Source of the DNA: Candidatus Limnocylindrales bacterium
GTDB taxonomy: Bacteria; Chloroflexota; Limnocylindria; Limnocylindrales; CSP1-4
NCBI GenBank assembly: GCA_035717865.1
Contig: DASTIE010000001.1
Coordinates: 1-61,245, forward strand
Length of the DNA stretch: 61,245 nt
Direction: 5' to 3'
Below, piece after piece: positions 24,921 to 33,634 of this stretch. A program made the translations under genes and the position numbers. The notes beneath the pieces were generated by a model that saw nothing but the letters and a program-made list of their open reading frames with translations, searched no databases and had not been told where the DNA came from. The first letter of the stretch is position 1; each line of letters opens with the position of its first letter.

Positions 24921-25934
24921 TTGCATCGAGCGCGACCGCATCATTCGCGGTCCGTGGAGCAAGCCGCAATCGTTCACGCGACCCACTCGCGCCCAGACCG
25001 CCCGTCCGGGCGCACGAGCGTCGTCATCTGCGCCTACACGCTTGACCGGTGGCTGGACCTGGAGCGCGCGGTCCGGTCGGTGCAGGCGCAGTCGCCGGCG
25101 CCCCTCGAGGCGATACTCGTGGTCGACCACAACGCCGAGCTGGCGGACCGGGCGCGGACGGCCTGGCCGGAGATCCGCATCGTGGAGAGCCGCGGCCCGC
25201 GCGGTCTCTCGGGTGCCCGGAACACGGGCGTCGAGGAGGCCGCGGGGACGTTCGTCGCGTTCCTGGATGACGACGCGGCGGCGGAGCCCGGCTGGCTTGA
25301 GCAGCTCGTGGCGCCGTACAGCGACAAGCTGGTCGTCGCGACCGGTGGGCACGCCGAGGCTGCCTGGGACGCCGGCCGTCCGACGTGGTTCCCGCCGGAG
25401 TTCGACTGGGTGGTCGGCTGCAGCTACGTCGGCCTTCCGCGCGAGCGTGCGCGCGTGCGCAATCCGATCGGCTCGACGATGTCGTTTCGCGGCGAGGCCG
25501 TGCTCGAGGCCGGTGGCTTCAGCTCCGCCGTGGGGCGCATCGGGGCCACGCCCACCGGCGGCGAGGAGACGGAGCTGTGCATCCGGATCCAGCGGCTGCG
25601 CCCGGATGCGCGGGTCATCCTGGTGCCGACCGCCGCGGTTCGGCACCGCGTGCCCGCGGCCCGCGGAACCTTCCGCTACTTCTGCGCCCGCTGCTTCCAG
25701 GAGGGCCGCTCCAAGGCCCGCATCGCCGCGCTCGAGGGCTCGAGCGCGGCGCTGGCCAGCGAACGGACGTACACGACCAGGACGCTGCCACGGGCCGTCG
25801 TGCGCGGCGTGGGGGAGGCCCTGCGTGGCCGGCCCGCGGGCCTGGCCCGAGCCGGCGCGGTGGTCGCGGGGCTCGGGCTGACGACCGCGGGCTACGTCGC
25901 GGGCCGGCTCATCCGGCTTGGCGGAGCCGGCTGA
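24921..25934 (+). CDS. Family-2 glycosyltransferase
   Basis: ..TSVVICAYTLDRWLDLERAVRSVQAQ.., ..ILVVDHN.., ..VAFLDDDAAAEPGWL... Start uncertain: TTG at 24921 or in-frame GTG at 24954. Confidence 0.75.
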   Translation: MHRARPHHSRSVEQAAIVHATHSRPDRPSGRTSVVICAYTLDRWLDLERAVRSVQAQSPAPLEAILVVDHNAELADRARTAWPEIRIVESRGPRGLSGARNTGVEEAAGTFVAFLDDDAAAEPGWLEQLVAPYSDKLVVATGGHAEAAWDAGRPTWFPPEFDWVVGCSYVGLPRERARVRNPIGSTMSFRGEAVLEAGGFSSAVGRIGATPTGGEETELCIRIQRLRPDARVILVPTAAVRHRVPAARGTFRYFCARCFQEGRSKARIAALEGSSAALASERTYTTRTLPRAVVRGVGEALRGRPAGLARAGAVVAGLGLTTAGYVAGRLIRLGGAG

Positions 25935-25949
25935 GATCGACCCGGACGG

Positions 25950-26168
25950 TCACTCGGACCCTGGTCGGCTCGAGTCCCGGGCCGGAAACACCGCGTCATG
26001 GGCGGCTCCGTAGCCGTCCCGACGCGCCAGTCGATAGAGCGTCCGCGCCTCGGTGAGCGGGACGTTGAGGTGACGCGCGAGGCGCCGGGCGTTTCGTTCG
26101 TCGCCGATCGCGCCGAGCATGCGGAACGGGAACGCGAGAGCCGAGGACCAGCGAAGCAGTCGGCGCAT
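25950..26168 (-). CDS. Small hypothetical protein (72 aa)
   Basis: C-terminal 72 codons of ORF 25950..26738, from the ATG at 26168. The composition looks protein-like (MRRLLRWSSALAFPFRMLGAIGDERNARRLARHLNVPLTEARTLYRLARRDGYG..). No family recognised. Confidence 0.3.
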   Translation of the reverse strand: MRRLLRWSSALAFPFRMLGAIGDERNARRLARHLNVPLTEARTLYRLARRDGYGAAHDAVFPARDSSRPGSE

Positions 26169-26326
26169 GGCGTGCGTCCCGGCGGGAATCCCGGCCCGTC
26201 GAGCCTTTCCTGGAGGGATGGCTCCCGATCGACTTGCCCTGCGGGCGCGCGGCGCACCACCTGCCTTGCGGCGGGCATCGGAAGCTGTGGGCTCGGCGTC
26301 AGGGTAAGACCCCGGGCAAGCCGGTG

Positions 26327-27505
26327 TCAGCCGGTATCGACGCCGTTCCCCCCGCCGCCGGCAGGCGCCGGACTCGCCGTGCGAACGAACTTCTGGATCG
26401 AGCGGTCGCCGCGATCCAGCCCGACCCACGACTCCGAGGACTCGGCGACGTAGAAGCTGCCAGCCGAGTCGATCGCGATCCCGTGCGGCGCGCAGAACAG
26501 CCCGGGACCCGGGTCGTTGGGCACCTTGCCCCGCACCATCGGGTGGCGTGACGGTGCATCCGGGAGCGCCAGCTCCACGCCGCCGATCGCCGCGTCGTCG
26601 GTGATCACGCCGTCGCCCCAGCGGGCCAGGACCGTGCCGTCCCGGTCCAGGACGCTCACGCGGTTGGAGAGCTCCGCGACGACCCACTCGCCTTCGGGAC
26701 CCTTGCGAACGCTCTGGGGGAGTCGCAGGCCGCCCCACTCGCCGATGTACTCGCCGTCCGGCGTGAAGAACTGGACGCGGTTGTTGTATCGATCCGCCGC
26801 GTACACGCGGTCCCCGTCGGCATGGTCGATGAACACGCTGTGGACGGTGTTGAACTGGCCCGGCTCGTGGCCCGGCGAGCCCCAGGAGAACCGGTGCTTG
26901 CCGTCCGAATCGAAGACGTGGATCTGGGCGTTGCCGTAGCCGTCGCTGACGTAGATGTCGCCGTTCGAGGCGACGGCGGCGTGGGTCGGCCGGTTGAACG
27001 GGCGGCCGCTGAAGGACGGGGCGTTCTGGTGCGGGCTGCCGATCGTCAGGAGAGGCCGGCCCTCGCGGCTGAATTTCCGGATGGAGTGGTCGCGGCTGTC
27101 GGCCGTGTAGACAGCGCCATCGCGACCGACGGTCAGGCCGTGCGGGAAGGTGAAGTAGTGGTCGCCCCCGATCTCGCCCCAGGCGTCGAGGAAGGTGCCG
27201 TCGCGGCTGAAGATCATTACCGGGTGGCGCCCGCGATTGAAGACGTAGACGTTGTCATCGGCGTCGACGCTGACGTCCGCGACCTCGACGAACGTCCAGC
27301 CCCTGGGGCGCTTGAAGAAGCCCTCCACCACCTCGTAGCGATCGCGGCCGAAGGCGAGCGCCTCGGCGGCGGCCGGCTGGTCGGCGCTGGGGGCGCCATC
27401 GGCGGCCACCGCAATCTCCCTGGCCACCGCGTCGACTCCCATGTGCGACGCAGGGTGGGGGAGCACGGGTTGGCCCGGCGCCACCATGGCCTCGCGCGAA
27501 GTCAC
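26327..27505 (-). CDS. NHL-repeat six-bladed beta-propeller protein (peptidyl-alpha-hydroxyglycine alpha-amidating lyase-like)
   Basis: Repeated blades ..DNVYVFNRGRHPVMIFSRDG.., ..GAVYTADSRDHSIRKFSREG.., ..GDIYVSDGYGNAQIHVFDSDG.., ..DRVYAADRYNNRVQFFTPDG.., ..GSFYVAES... Confidence 0.75.
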   Translation of the reverse strand: MTSREAMVAPGQPVLPHPASHMGVDAVAREIAVAADGAPSADQPAAAEALAFGRDRYEVVEGFFKRPRGWTFVEVADVSVDADDNVYVFNRGRHPVMIFSRDGTFLDAWGEIGGDHYFTFPHGLTVGRDGAVYTADSRDHSIRKFSREGRPLLTIGSPHQNAPSFSGRPFNRPTHAAVASNGDIYVSDGYGNAQIHVFDSDGKHRFSWGSPGHEPGQFNTVHSVFIDHADGDRVYAADRYNNRVQFFTPDGEYIGEWGGLRLPQSVRKGPEGEWVVAELSNRVSVLDRDGTVLARWGDGVITDDAAIGGVELALPDAPSRHPMVRGKVPNDPGPGLFCAPHGIAIDSAGSFYVAESSESWVGLDRGDRSIQKFVRTASPAPAGGGGNGVDTG

Positions 27506-27509
27506 GGCC

Positions 27510-28787
27510 TCATGCCAATCGCGGCCTGCGCAGCGCCAGGTTTGCCTTCACGAGGCCGACGAAGGGTCGGTGCCGGAGCGTGCGCGGGAAGGCGATGCGT
27601 TCGAGCTTGCCGAAGGCTCGATGCGCGTCCAGGGCGCCCGCGAAGGCCGGCACGAACCCGGGGTCGGCCAGGGGGTCGAACCACGGCTCCCACCACAGCC
27701 CGACGACGCGGAGCGTGCCTGCCCGTCGATCGAAGCGCGGCTCGATCCGCCCCACAAGCCGGTCGCCGTACAGGATCGGCAGCACGTAGTAGCCCCACCG
27801 CCGCTTCGCCGCCGGGACGTAGACCTCCCAGACGTAGTCGAAGTCGAAGAGGCGCCGCAGGAGCTGCCGGTCCCAGCACAGCGGGTCGAGGGGCGCGATG
27901 AAGGCGACGCCGGGCTCCACGCCGCCCGGTGGCGCCGAAGCCGCGAGCTCGCGCTCCGCCTGATCGAGGTATGGGAGATCCTCGGCGACGACGAACCGCT
28001 CGCCCCGCAGGCCCGCCACGGTCACCGGGACCAGGCGGCCCTCGTCCACGAGCTTCGCCCGCCGCGCAGCGCGGTCCGGGGCATGGCCCGTGCCTCCGAC
28101 CCACAGCTCCTGGTTGCCGGACGCGCCAAGGAGGCCATTGCCGCGGTAGCGAGAAAGCAACCGGTGCCGCTGCTGCTCCTCCTCGTCGCGGCGCTCGGCG
28201 AGGACCTCCGGCGAGAACAGGCGCTCGGCGAGGTCGTAGACCCGCAGATTGCCGTCCCGCCGAGCAATCCCGATCGTCCCGACCTCCGCCAGGCCCTCCA
28301 GGATCGCCCGGACCTGGTTCGTGGGGCGCCAGTACCAGTCGATCGCCTGGCGCGGCCCGACGTCGCGCGGGAGCAGCGAGCCGTTCTCACGGATCCGCGT
28401 GAGCAGCTCCTCCACCAAGGGGGCGTGCTCGTCAAAGGCGCCGGCCTCGTGGCGCAGCCGCGCCCGGTCCCAGATGTAGCGGTACAGCGGCAGCTCCGCG
28501 ACCGGCACGATGTTGAGGCTCTTGTTGTAGGTCTCGTAGAGCCGCCGGTCCTCGTACAGCCAGTGGTCGGTCCAATCGCGCTGGTAGCCGCGGATGCGCG
28601 CCAGCAGGACGAGGTCATGGTTCCGCCCGGCCACCTCCAGCGGGTCGAACTGGAGGGAGCCGAGCCGCTCGACGACCGCGAGGACGCTCCCCGGATCCGG
28701 CGACAGGGACCGCGGCGGCGCGAGGAGATGCCGCAGGACGAGGAAACGCCTGGCGGCCTCCGGCGAGACCGGGCGAATCTCGCTCAC
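27510..28787 (-). CDS. Winged-helix DNA glycosylase YcaQ/AlkZ family (DUF1006)
   Basis: ..ARRFLVLRHLL.., ..VVERLGSLQFDPLEVAGRNHDLVLLARI.., ..YVLPILYGDRLVGRIEPRFDR... GTG start at 28787. The stop lies 4 nt before the NHL gene start. Confidence 0.75.
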   Translation of the reverse strand: MSEIRPVSPEAARRFLVLRHLLAPPRSLSPDPGSVLAVVERLGSLQFDPLEVAGRNHDLVLLARIRGYQRDWTDHWLYEDRRLYETYNKSLNIVPVAELPLYRYIWDRARLRHEAGAFDEHAPLVEELLTRIRENGSLLPRDVGPRQAIDWYWRPTNQVRAILEGLAEVGTIGIARRDGNLRVYDLAERLFSPEVLAERRDEEEQQRHRLLSRYRGNGLLGASGNQELWVGGTGHAPDRAARRAKLVDEGRLVPVTVAGLRGERFVVAEDLPYLDQAERELAASAPPGGVEPGVAFIAPLDPLCWDRQLLRRLFDFDYVWEVYVPAAKRRWGYYVLPILYGDRLVGRIEPRFDRRAGTLRVVGLWWEPWFDPLADPGFVPAFAGALDAHRAFGKLERIAFPRTLRHRPFVGLVKANLALRRPRLA

Positions 28788-28917
28788 GTGGCCCCGCGGT
28801 CGTCCGTCGCCGCCGCCCGGTGCGCCACATCCGCCAAGCGTGCCCGGCCCGCCACATCCGCCACGTCCGCCAAGGCCGTCGCAATCGGCGCGTTCGTCGC
28901 GTTTCTCGTCGCGTCTG

Positions 28918-29463
28918 TCACGAGCCCGCCGTCATCGCCAGCTCGAGCCGCTCCACGAACGCCGCCTGCACCGGATGCGCGCGCCGGCGGGCCTCCTCCA
29001 GCCCGAACCAGGCCACCTGGTCGACCTCCGGGATGACCATCGTCCGACCGGAGCGCGGAGGCCACGCGATCTCGATCTCGTTCGACGTGGCGAGCGCCGG
29101 GTCGAGGTCGCCCTCGACCGCCCAAGCGCGGATGACCTTGCCGCTCTTCAGGGTGACCTCGCCGAGGTCGATGTGCGGTCGCGCGGGATCAAGCGCGATG
29201 CGCGAGAGCTCGAAGCCCGTCTCCTCGGAGAACTCGCGCGCGGCGACGGCCTCGAGCAGCTCATCCGGCTCCGCGATGCCCTTGGGGACGCTCCAGCTGC
29301 CGAACTGCTGCTTGCTCCAGTACGGGCCGCCCGGATGGGCGAGCAGGACCTCCAGCCCCGTGGAGCCACGACGGAACAGCAGGATTCCGGCCGACACGAG
29401 CGACCGGCTCGATCCTCCCATCGGCGGATCGTAGCGGCCTTCGCTCGACCGGCCGGCCGACAT
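28918..29463 (-). CDS. NUDIX hydrolase
   Basis: Nudix box GIAEPDELLEAVAAREFSEETGF. Start at ATG 29463 (alternative: 29421). Confidence 0.8.
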   Translation of the reverse strand: MSAGRSSEGRYDPPMGGSSRSLVSAGILLFRRGSTGLEVLLAHPGGPYWSKQQFGSWSVPKGIAEPDELLEAVAAREFSEETGFELSRIALDPARPHIDLGEVTLKSGKVIRAWAVEGDLDPALATSNEIEIAWPPRSGRTMVIPEVDQVAWFGLEEARRRAHPVQAAFVERLELAMTAGS

Positions 29464-29552
29464 GGCGGCGAACCCTTCGTTGACGCTTCGACCGACAATC
29501 CCGATAATTTCACTTGGGATTAACGAATGACCGGATCGATCCGAGGAATGCC

Positions 29553-30971
29553 TTGACCACACCCACAGCGCCGACCACTCGCGAGCTCGTGCAGGACCGG
29601 CGCGAGCAGTACGCCTTCCACGACGACATCGTCTACCTCCGCGAGACCGGCCGCGGCCTGTCGCGCGAGACCGTCGAGGAGATCAGCCAGATCAAGGGCG
29701 AGCCGGAGTGGATGCTCGCGCTTCGCCTCCGCGCCTTCGAGCACTTCCAGAAGCGCCCGATGCCGATCTGGACCGAGGGCCTGGACCGGATCGACTTCGA
29801 CAAGATCGTCTACTACCGGAAGCCATCCGAGCGCGAGGAGAAGTCCTGGGACGACGTCCCGGAGCAGATCAAGGCGACGTTCGAGAAGCTCGGCATCCCC
29901 GAGGCGGAGCGGAAGTTCCTTGCCGGGGTCGGCGCGCAGTACGACTCCGAGGTCGTCTACCACTCCGTCAAGGAGGAGCTGACCAAGCTCGGCGTCGTCT
30001 TCATGGGCATGGACCAGGCCCTGAAGGAGTACGAGGACATCGTCCGGAAGCACTTCGGGACGGTCGTGCCGGCGGAGGACAACAAGTTCTCGGCGCTCAA
30101 CACCGCCGTCTGGTCGGGCGGCTCGTTCGTCTACGTCCCGAAGGGCGTCGAGGTGCCGCTGCCGCTGCAGGCCTACTTCCGCATCAACGGCGAGAACACC
30201 GGCCAGTTCGAGCGCACGCTGATCGTCGTCGACGAGGGCGCGAAGGTCCACTACATCGAGGGCTGCACCGCCCCGATCTACGCCACGGACTCGCTCCACG
30301 CCGCGGTCGTCGAGGTCGTCGCCATGGCCGACTCGAAGGTCCGCTACACGACCATCCAGAACTGGTCGAACGACGTCTACAACCTCGTGACCAAGCGCGC
30401 CCACGCCTACGAGCGCTCGACCGTCGAGTGGGTGGACGCGAACACGGGCTCGAGGAAGACGGTGAAGTTCCCGTCGATCTACCTGCGCGGCGAGGGCGCG
30501 CGGGCCGAGGTCATCTCCGTCGCCGTCGCCGGCAAGGGCCAGCACCAGGACACGGGCGCGAAGGCGATCCACCTCGCGCCGAACACGACCTCGCGCATCG
30601 TCAGCAAGTCCGTCTCGAAGGACGGGGGCCGAGCGACCTACCGCGGCCAGCTCAAGGTCGCGCCCGGCGCGACCGGCGTCGTCGCCTCCGTCCGGTGCGA
30701 CGCCCTGATGCTCGACGACGAGTCACGCTCGGACACGTACCCGTACATCGACATCCAGGAAGACGACACGACGATGACCCACGAGGCCACCGTCGGGAAG
30801 ATCTCCGCGGACCAGATCTTCTACCTGATGAGCCGCGGCCTGACCGAGAACGAGGCCCAGAACCTCGTGATCCAGGGCTTCCTCGAGGTCTTCACGAAGG
30901 AGCTCCCGATGGAGTACGCCATCGAGTTCAACCGCCTCGTGAAGCTCGAGATGGAGGGCTCGCTGGGCTAG
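29553..30971 (+). CDS. sufB: Fe-S cluster assembly protein SufB
   Basis: Strong full-length resemblance to actinobacterial SufB: ..KGEPEWMLALRLRAFEHF.., ..FERTLIVVDEGAKVHYIEGCTAPIY.., ..IQNWSNDVYNLVTKRA... Start uncertain: TTG at 29553 or TTG at 29514. Confidence 0.9.
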   Translation: MTTPTAPTTRELVQDRREQYAFHDDIVYLRETGRGLSRETVEEISQIKGEPEWMLALRLRAFEHFQKRPMPIWTEGLDRIDFDKIVYYRKPSEREEKSWDDVPEQIKATFEKLGIPEAERKFLAGVGAQYDSEVVYHSVKEELTKLGVVFMGMDQALKEYEDIVRKHFGTVVPAEDNKFSALNTAVWSGGSFVYVPKGVEVPLPLQAYFRINGENTGQFERTLIVVDEGAKVHYIEGCTAPIYATDSLHAAVVEVVAMADSKVRYTTIQNWSNDVYNLVTKRAHAYERSTVEWVDANTGSRKTVKFPSIYLRGEGARAEVISVAVAGKGQHQDTGAKAIHLAPNTTSRIVSKSVSKDGGRATYRGQLKVAPGATGVVASVRCDALMLDDESRSDTYPYIDIQEDDTTMTHEATVGKISADQIFYLMSRGLTENEAQNLVIQGFLEVFTKELPMEYAIEFNRLVKLEMEGSLG

Positions 30972-30975
30972 GGCC

Positions 30976-31593
30976 TCAGGGCCGCAGCCCGACGCTCGCC
31001 AGCTCCGCCTGCGCCAGCCGGTCGTGGCGCCCGGCAACCCAGTCCCCGATCGGATCGGGCGTGAAGTCCAGCAGCTCCGCGTAGTCCAGGCGCGTGACCG
31101 CGCGCAGCGCGAGGACCTGCTGCACGTCGCTCGTCGCGAGCTCCGCCGCCGGGGCGACCCGGATCGCACGGTGGCCGGCGCGCAGGGCGCGAAGCCGGGC
31201 CCAGCGCCACGGCACGTACCGCGACAGCCACGGGATCAGCGGCACCGCCAGCACGAGCAGCGCCAACGTCGCGGCCAGCGTGGCGATGAGCTGCTCCAGG
31301 TCCAGGCCGAACATCGTCATGGGCGTCCCGGCCCCCGCGAACGCCCGCTCCGCCACGCCGCGCAACCCGTCGCCGACCACGGGGATCCCGGCGAGCGCCG
31401 CGCCGAGGTCGCGCCCGCTCTGGACCAGGCCCTGGCCGCCGTCGCGGATCGTGCGCCCGGCCGCCCCGAAGCCCTCCACGACCTGGAAGAGGCTCACCGC
31501 GACCATCACCCAGAGGACGAGCCACGCCACCGTGGCCGCGTCAGCCAGCTGCTCCTTCGCTCGAGCCGCGCGAAGCTCGCTCCAGATCCGCAC
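30976..31593 (-). CDS. Hypothetical membrane protein inserted between sufB and sufD on the opposite strand
   Basis: ORF 30976..31623. The GTG at 31593 lies 7 nt after GGGAGG. Two hydrophobic segments (..VAWLVLWVMVAVSLF.., ..LALLVLAVPLIPWL..). No family recognised. Confidence 0.5.
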   Translation of the reverse strand: MRIWSELRAARAKEQLADAATVAWLVLWVMVAVSLFQVVEGFGAAGRTIRDGGQGLVQSGRDLGAALAGIPVVGDGLRGVAERAFAGAGTPMTMFGLDLEQLIATLAATLALLVLAVPLIPWLSRYVPWRWARLRALRAGHRAIRVAPAAELATSDVQQVLALRAVTRLDYAELLDFTPDPIGDWVAGRHDRLAQAELASVGLRP

Positions 31594-31645
31594 GATCGCA
31601 CCTCCCGGGCATCCGGCGGGCAAAACAAAACGCCCGAGAGAACCC

Positions 31646-31696
31646 GATCACTAGATGCTCCTCGCCCATACAAGTACAGGTCTGGATCACTAGATG
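31646..31696. repeat. Two perfect copies of GATCACTAGATG, 39 nt apart, in an AT-rich spacer
   Basis: Copies at 31646..31657 and 31685..31696. A 7-bp hairpin TGGCTCT/AGAGCCA follows at 31700..31720. Local GC is clearly below the window average. Confidence 0.85.
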
Positions 31697-31865
31697 TTCT
31701 GGCTCTCTCGAGCAGAGCCAACTATAGCGGTTCCAAGGCCGCCTGTCCCGACGATTCCGCAACGTCTGGGCAGATTCACATGCAATCCGCATTACGCGAG
31801 GACGGATCTGCTCGGGTCAGGGCCTTCGGCGTCCCGAATCACGTTCCGCCGGTACGATTCTCGAC

Positions 31866-33245
31866 GTGACCCAGACCCCTGCTTCCACGCCGACCGCCGC
31901 CGCGCGCGCCGCGACCCCGCTGCGCCCCCCACGCCGCTCGCCGTCCGACCTGCCGTTTCGGTTCCCCGATGCCGCGCTCGCGGAGCGGCTGGCGACCGAG
32001 CGCGGAGAGCCCGAGTGGCTGCGCGCGGACCGCCTGGCAGCCGCCGCGGCGTACGACGCGCTGCCGGTCGAGGGCAACCAGCTGTACACGCCCTACGTCG
32101 ACCTTCGCGCCGCCGTGCTCGACGAAGCCGAGCCCTACATCCTCGACGGGCCGGCCGAGCTGGGCGACGACCTTCGTGCCATCGAGCCGGGCTCGCTTCC
32201 CGACGGCGTCCAGGTCGAGACCATGTCGCAGTGGCTGGAGCGCGACCCTGACGCCTTCCGCCGGGCGATCGAAGGCGGGGCGTCGCTCCCGGAGGACGAC
32301 AAGCTCGCCCAGCTGGCGCGTGGATTCTGGAGCCACGGGCGCCACGTCGAGGTCGGCGCGGGCATCAAGCTCGAGCGGCCGATCGCGCTTCGCTGGCCCG
32401 CCGCCGCTCCCGGGCGCGCGCTCATCACCCGCACGATCGTGACGATCGGCGACGGCGCCTCGGCCTCGATCGTCGAGGAGCTCGTCCCGTGCGGGCCGTC
32501 GATCGAGTGCGCCGAGGCCGAGACCGTTCCGCAGGGGTTCTTCCACGGCACCACCGAGGCGATCCTCGGCGCGGGATCGTCGCTGGCCTTTGCCTCGATC
32601 CAGGAGTTCGAGGGCGGCCAGGTCACGTTCCAGCATCGCCGGGCGCAGATCGGCGAGGGCGCCGCGATGCAGTGGGCCCTCGCGCAGCTCGGCGGCCGCC
32701 TCGTGCGGTCGCGCGTCGACAACCGCCTCGAGGGCGATCGCAGCACGGTCGACCAGGTCGAGATCGTCTTCGGGGGCGAGCAGCAATTTTTCGACCTCAC
32801 CTCGTACACCCGGCACATCGGTCGTGACACGACCGGAAACCTGCTGTCGAAGGGAGCGCTCCTCGACCGGGCCCGGAGCTACATGAAGGGGCTCATCACG
32901 ATCGAGAAGTCGGCGATCGGGACGGACTCCTTCCTCGGCGAGTTCGGCATGAACCTCTCAAGGGCCACCCGCGCCGTCGCGATCCCGTCGCTCGAGATCG
33001 ACCAGCCGGACTGCCGGCGCGTCGCCCATGCGTCGTCCGTCGGCCCGATCGACCCGACGCAGCTGTTCTACCTGGAGAGCCGCGGTATCGATCCCGACGA
33101 GGCGCGCAAGTTCATCGTCCTGGGCTTCCTGGAGCCCGTCGTCGCGCGGGTGCCGCTGGAGAGCGCGCGAGAGCGGCTCCGTGAGCTCCTCGAGGAGAAG
33201 TGGGCTGCCGGCGTGGCCGCCGCGGAGGCGAGCGCCGCCGCGTGA
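31866..33245 (+). CDS. sufD: Fe-S cluster assembly protein SufD
   Basis: GTG start. ..GASASIVEE.., ..HTRHIGRDTTGNLLSKGAL.., ..AHASSVGPIDPTQLFYLESRGI.. are the SufD C-terminal signature. Confidence 0.85.
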   Translation: MTQTPASTPTAAARAATPLRPPRRSPSDLPFRFPDAALAERLATERGEPEWLRADRLAAAAAYDALPVEGNQLYTPYVDLRAAVLDEAEPYILDGPAELGDDLRAIEPGSLPDGVQVETMSQWLERDPDAFRRAIEGGASLPEDDKLAQLARGFWSHGRHVEVGAGIKLERPIALRWPAAAPGRALITRTIVTIGDGASASIVEELVPCGPSIECAEAETVPQGFFHGTTEAILGAGSSLAFASIQEFEGGQVTFQHRRAQIGEGAAMQWALAQLGGRLVRSRVDNRLEGDRSTVDQVEIVFGGEQQFFDLTSYTRHIGRDTTGNLLSKGALLDRARSYMKGLITIEKSAIGTDSFLGEFGMNLSRATRAVAIPSLEIDQPDCRRVAHASSVGPIDPTQLFYLESRGIDPDEARKFIVLGFLEPVVARVPLESARERLRELLEEKWAAGVAAAEASAAA

Positions 33246-33613
33246 CCCGACGCATCGATCTCCTGGGCGTCGACGAGGTGCCCGAGGGCACGATGAAGAT
33301 GGCGTTCGTGGACGGGACCGACCAGGTCATCGTCGTCCACACGGGCGGCGAGATCCGCGCCTTCCAGGGCATCTGCACGCACGAGTACTTCGAGCTGGAC
33401 AAGGGCTTCCTGACCGGCAACGGCTCGCGTGGCCAGAATGGCGAGCCCGCGGGAACGCTGACCTGCGCGCTGCACCTCTCGCGCTTCGACCTCGCAGACG
33501 GCGAGGCGCTGGACCCGCCCGCGGAGATCCCCCTCGCGATGTACCCGGTCTCGATCGAGGATGGGCGCGTGGTGATCGAGGCTCCGGACGGTCCGCTGCC
33601 CGTCAACGAGTAG
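33242..33613 (+). CDS. Rieske [2Fe-2S] ferredoxin-like protein of the actinobacterial suf operon type
   Basis: GTG at 33242 overlaps the sufD stop (GTGA). C-T-H ... C-A-L-H ligand pairs, with an unusually long 27-residue spacer containing GNGSRGQNGE. Confidence 0.75.
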   Translation: MTRRIDLLGVDEVPEGTMKMAFVDGTDQVIVVHTGGEIRAFQGICTHEYFELDKGFLTGNGSRGQNGEPAGTLTCALHLSRFDLADGEALDPPAEIPLAMYPVSIEDGRVVIEAPDGPLPVNE

Positions 33614-33634
33614 GGCGTCCGTCAGCGAGCAGGG

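Noticed and set aside
30972-31865. Mobile element inserted between sufB and sufD
   Set aside because: There is no transposase, integrase or terminal inverted repeat, and the only ORF is a small membrane protein. It remains possible as an ancient remnant but is not supportable as a feature.
31694-32251. 185-aa plus-strand ORF starting in the AT-rich spacer
   Set aside because: It runs out of frame across the sufD 5' region and is Arg/Pro/Ala-rich. The sufD frame (GTG 31866) has the family motifs.
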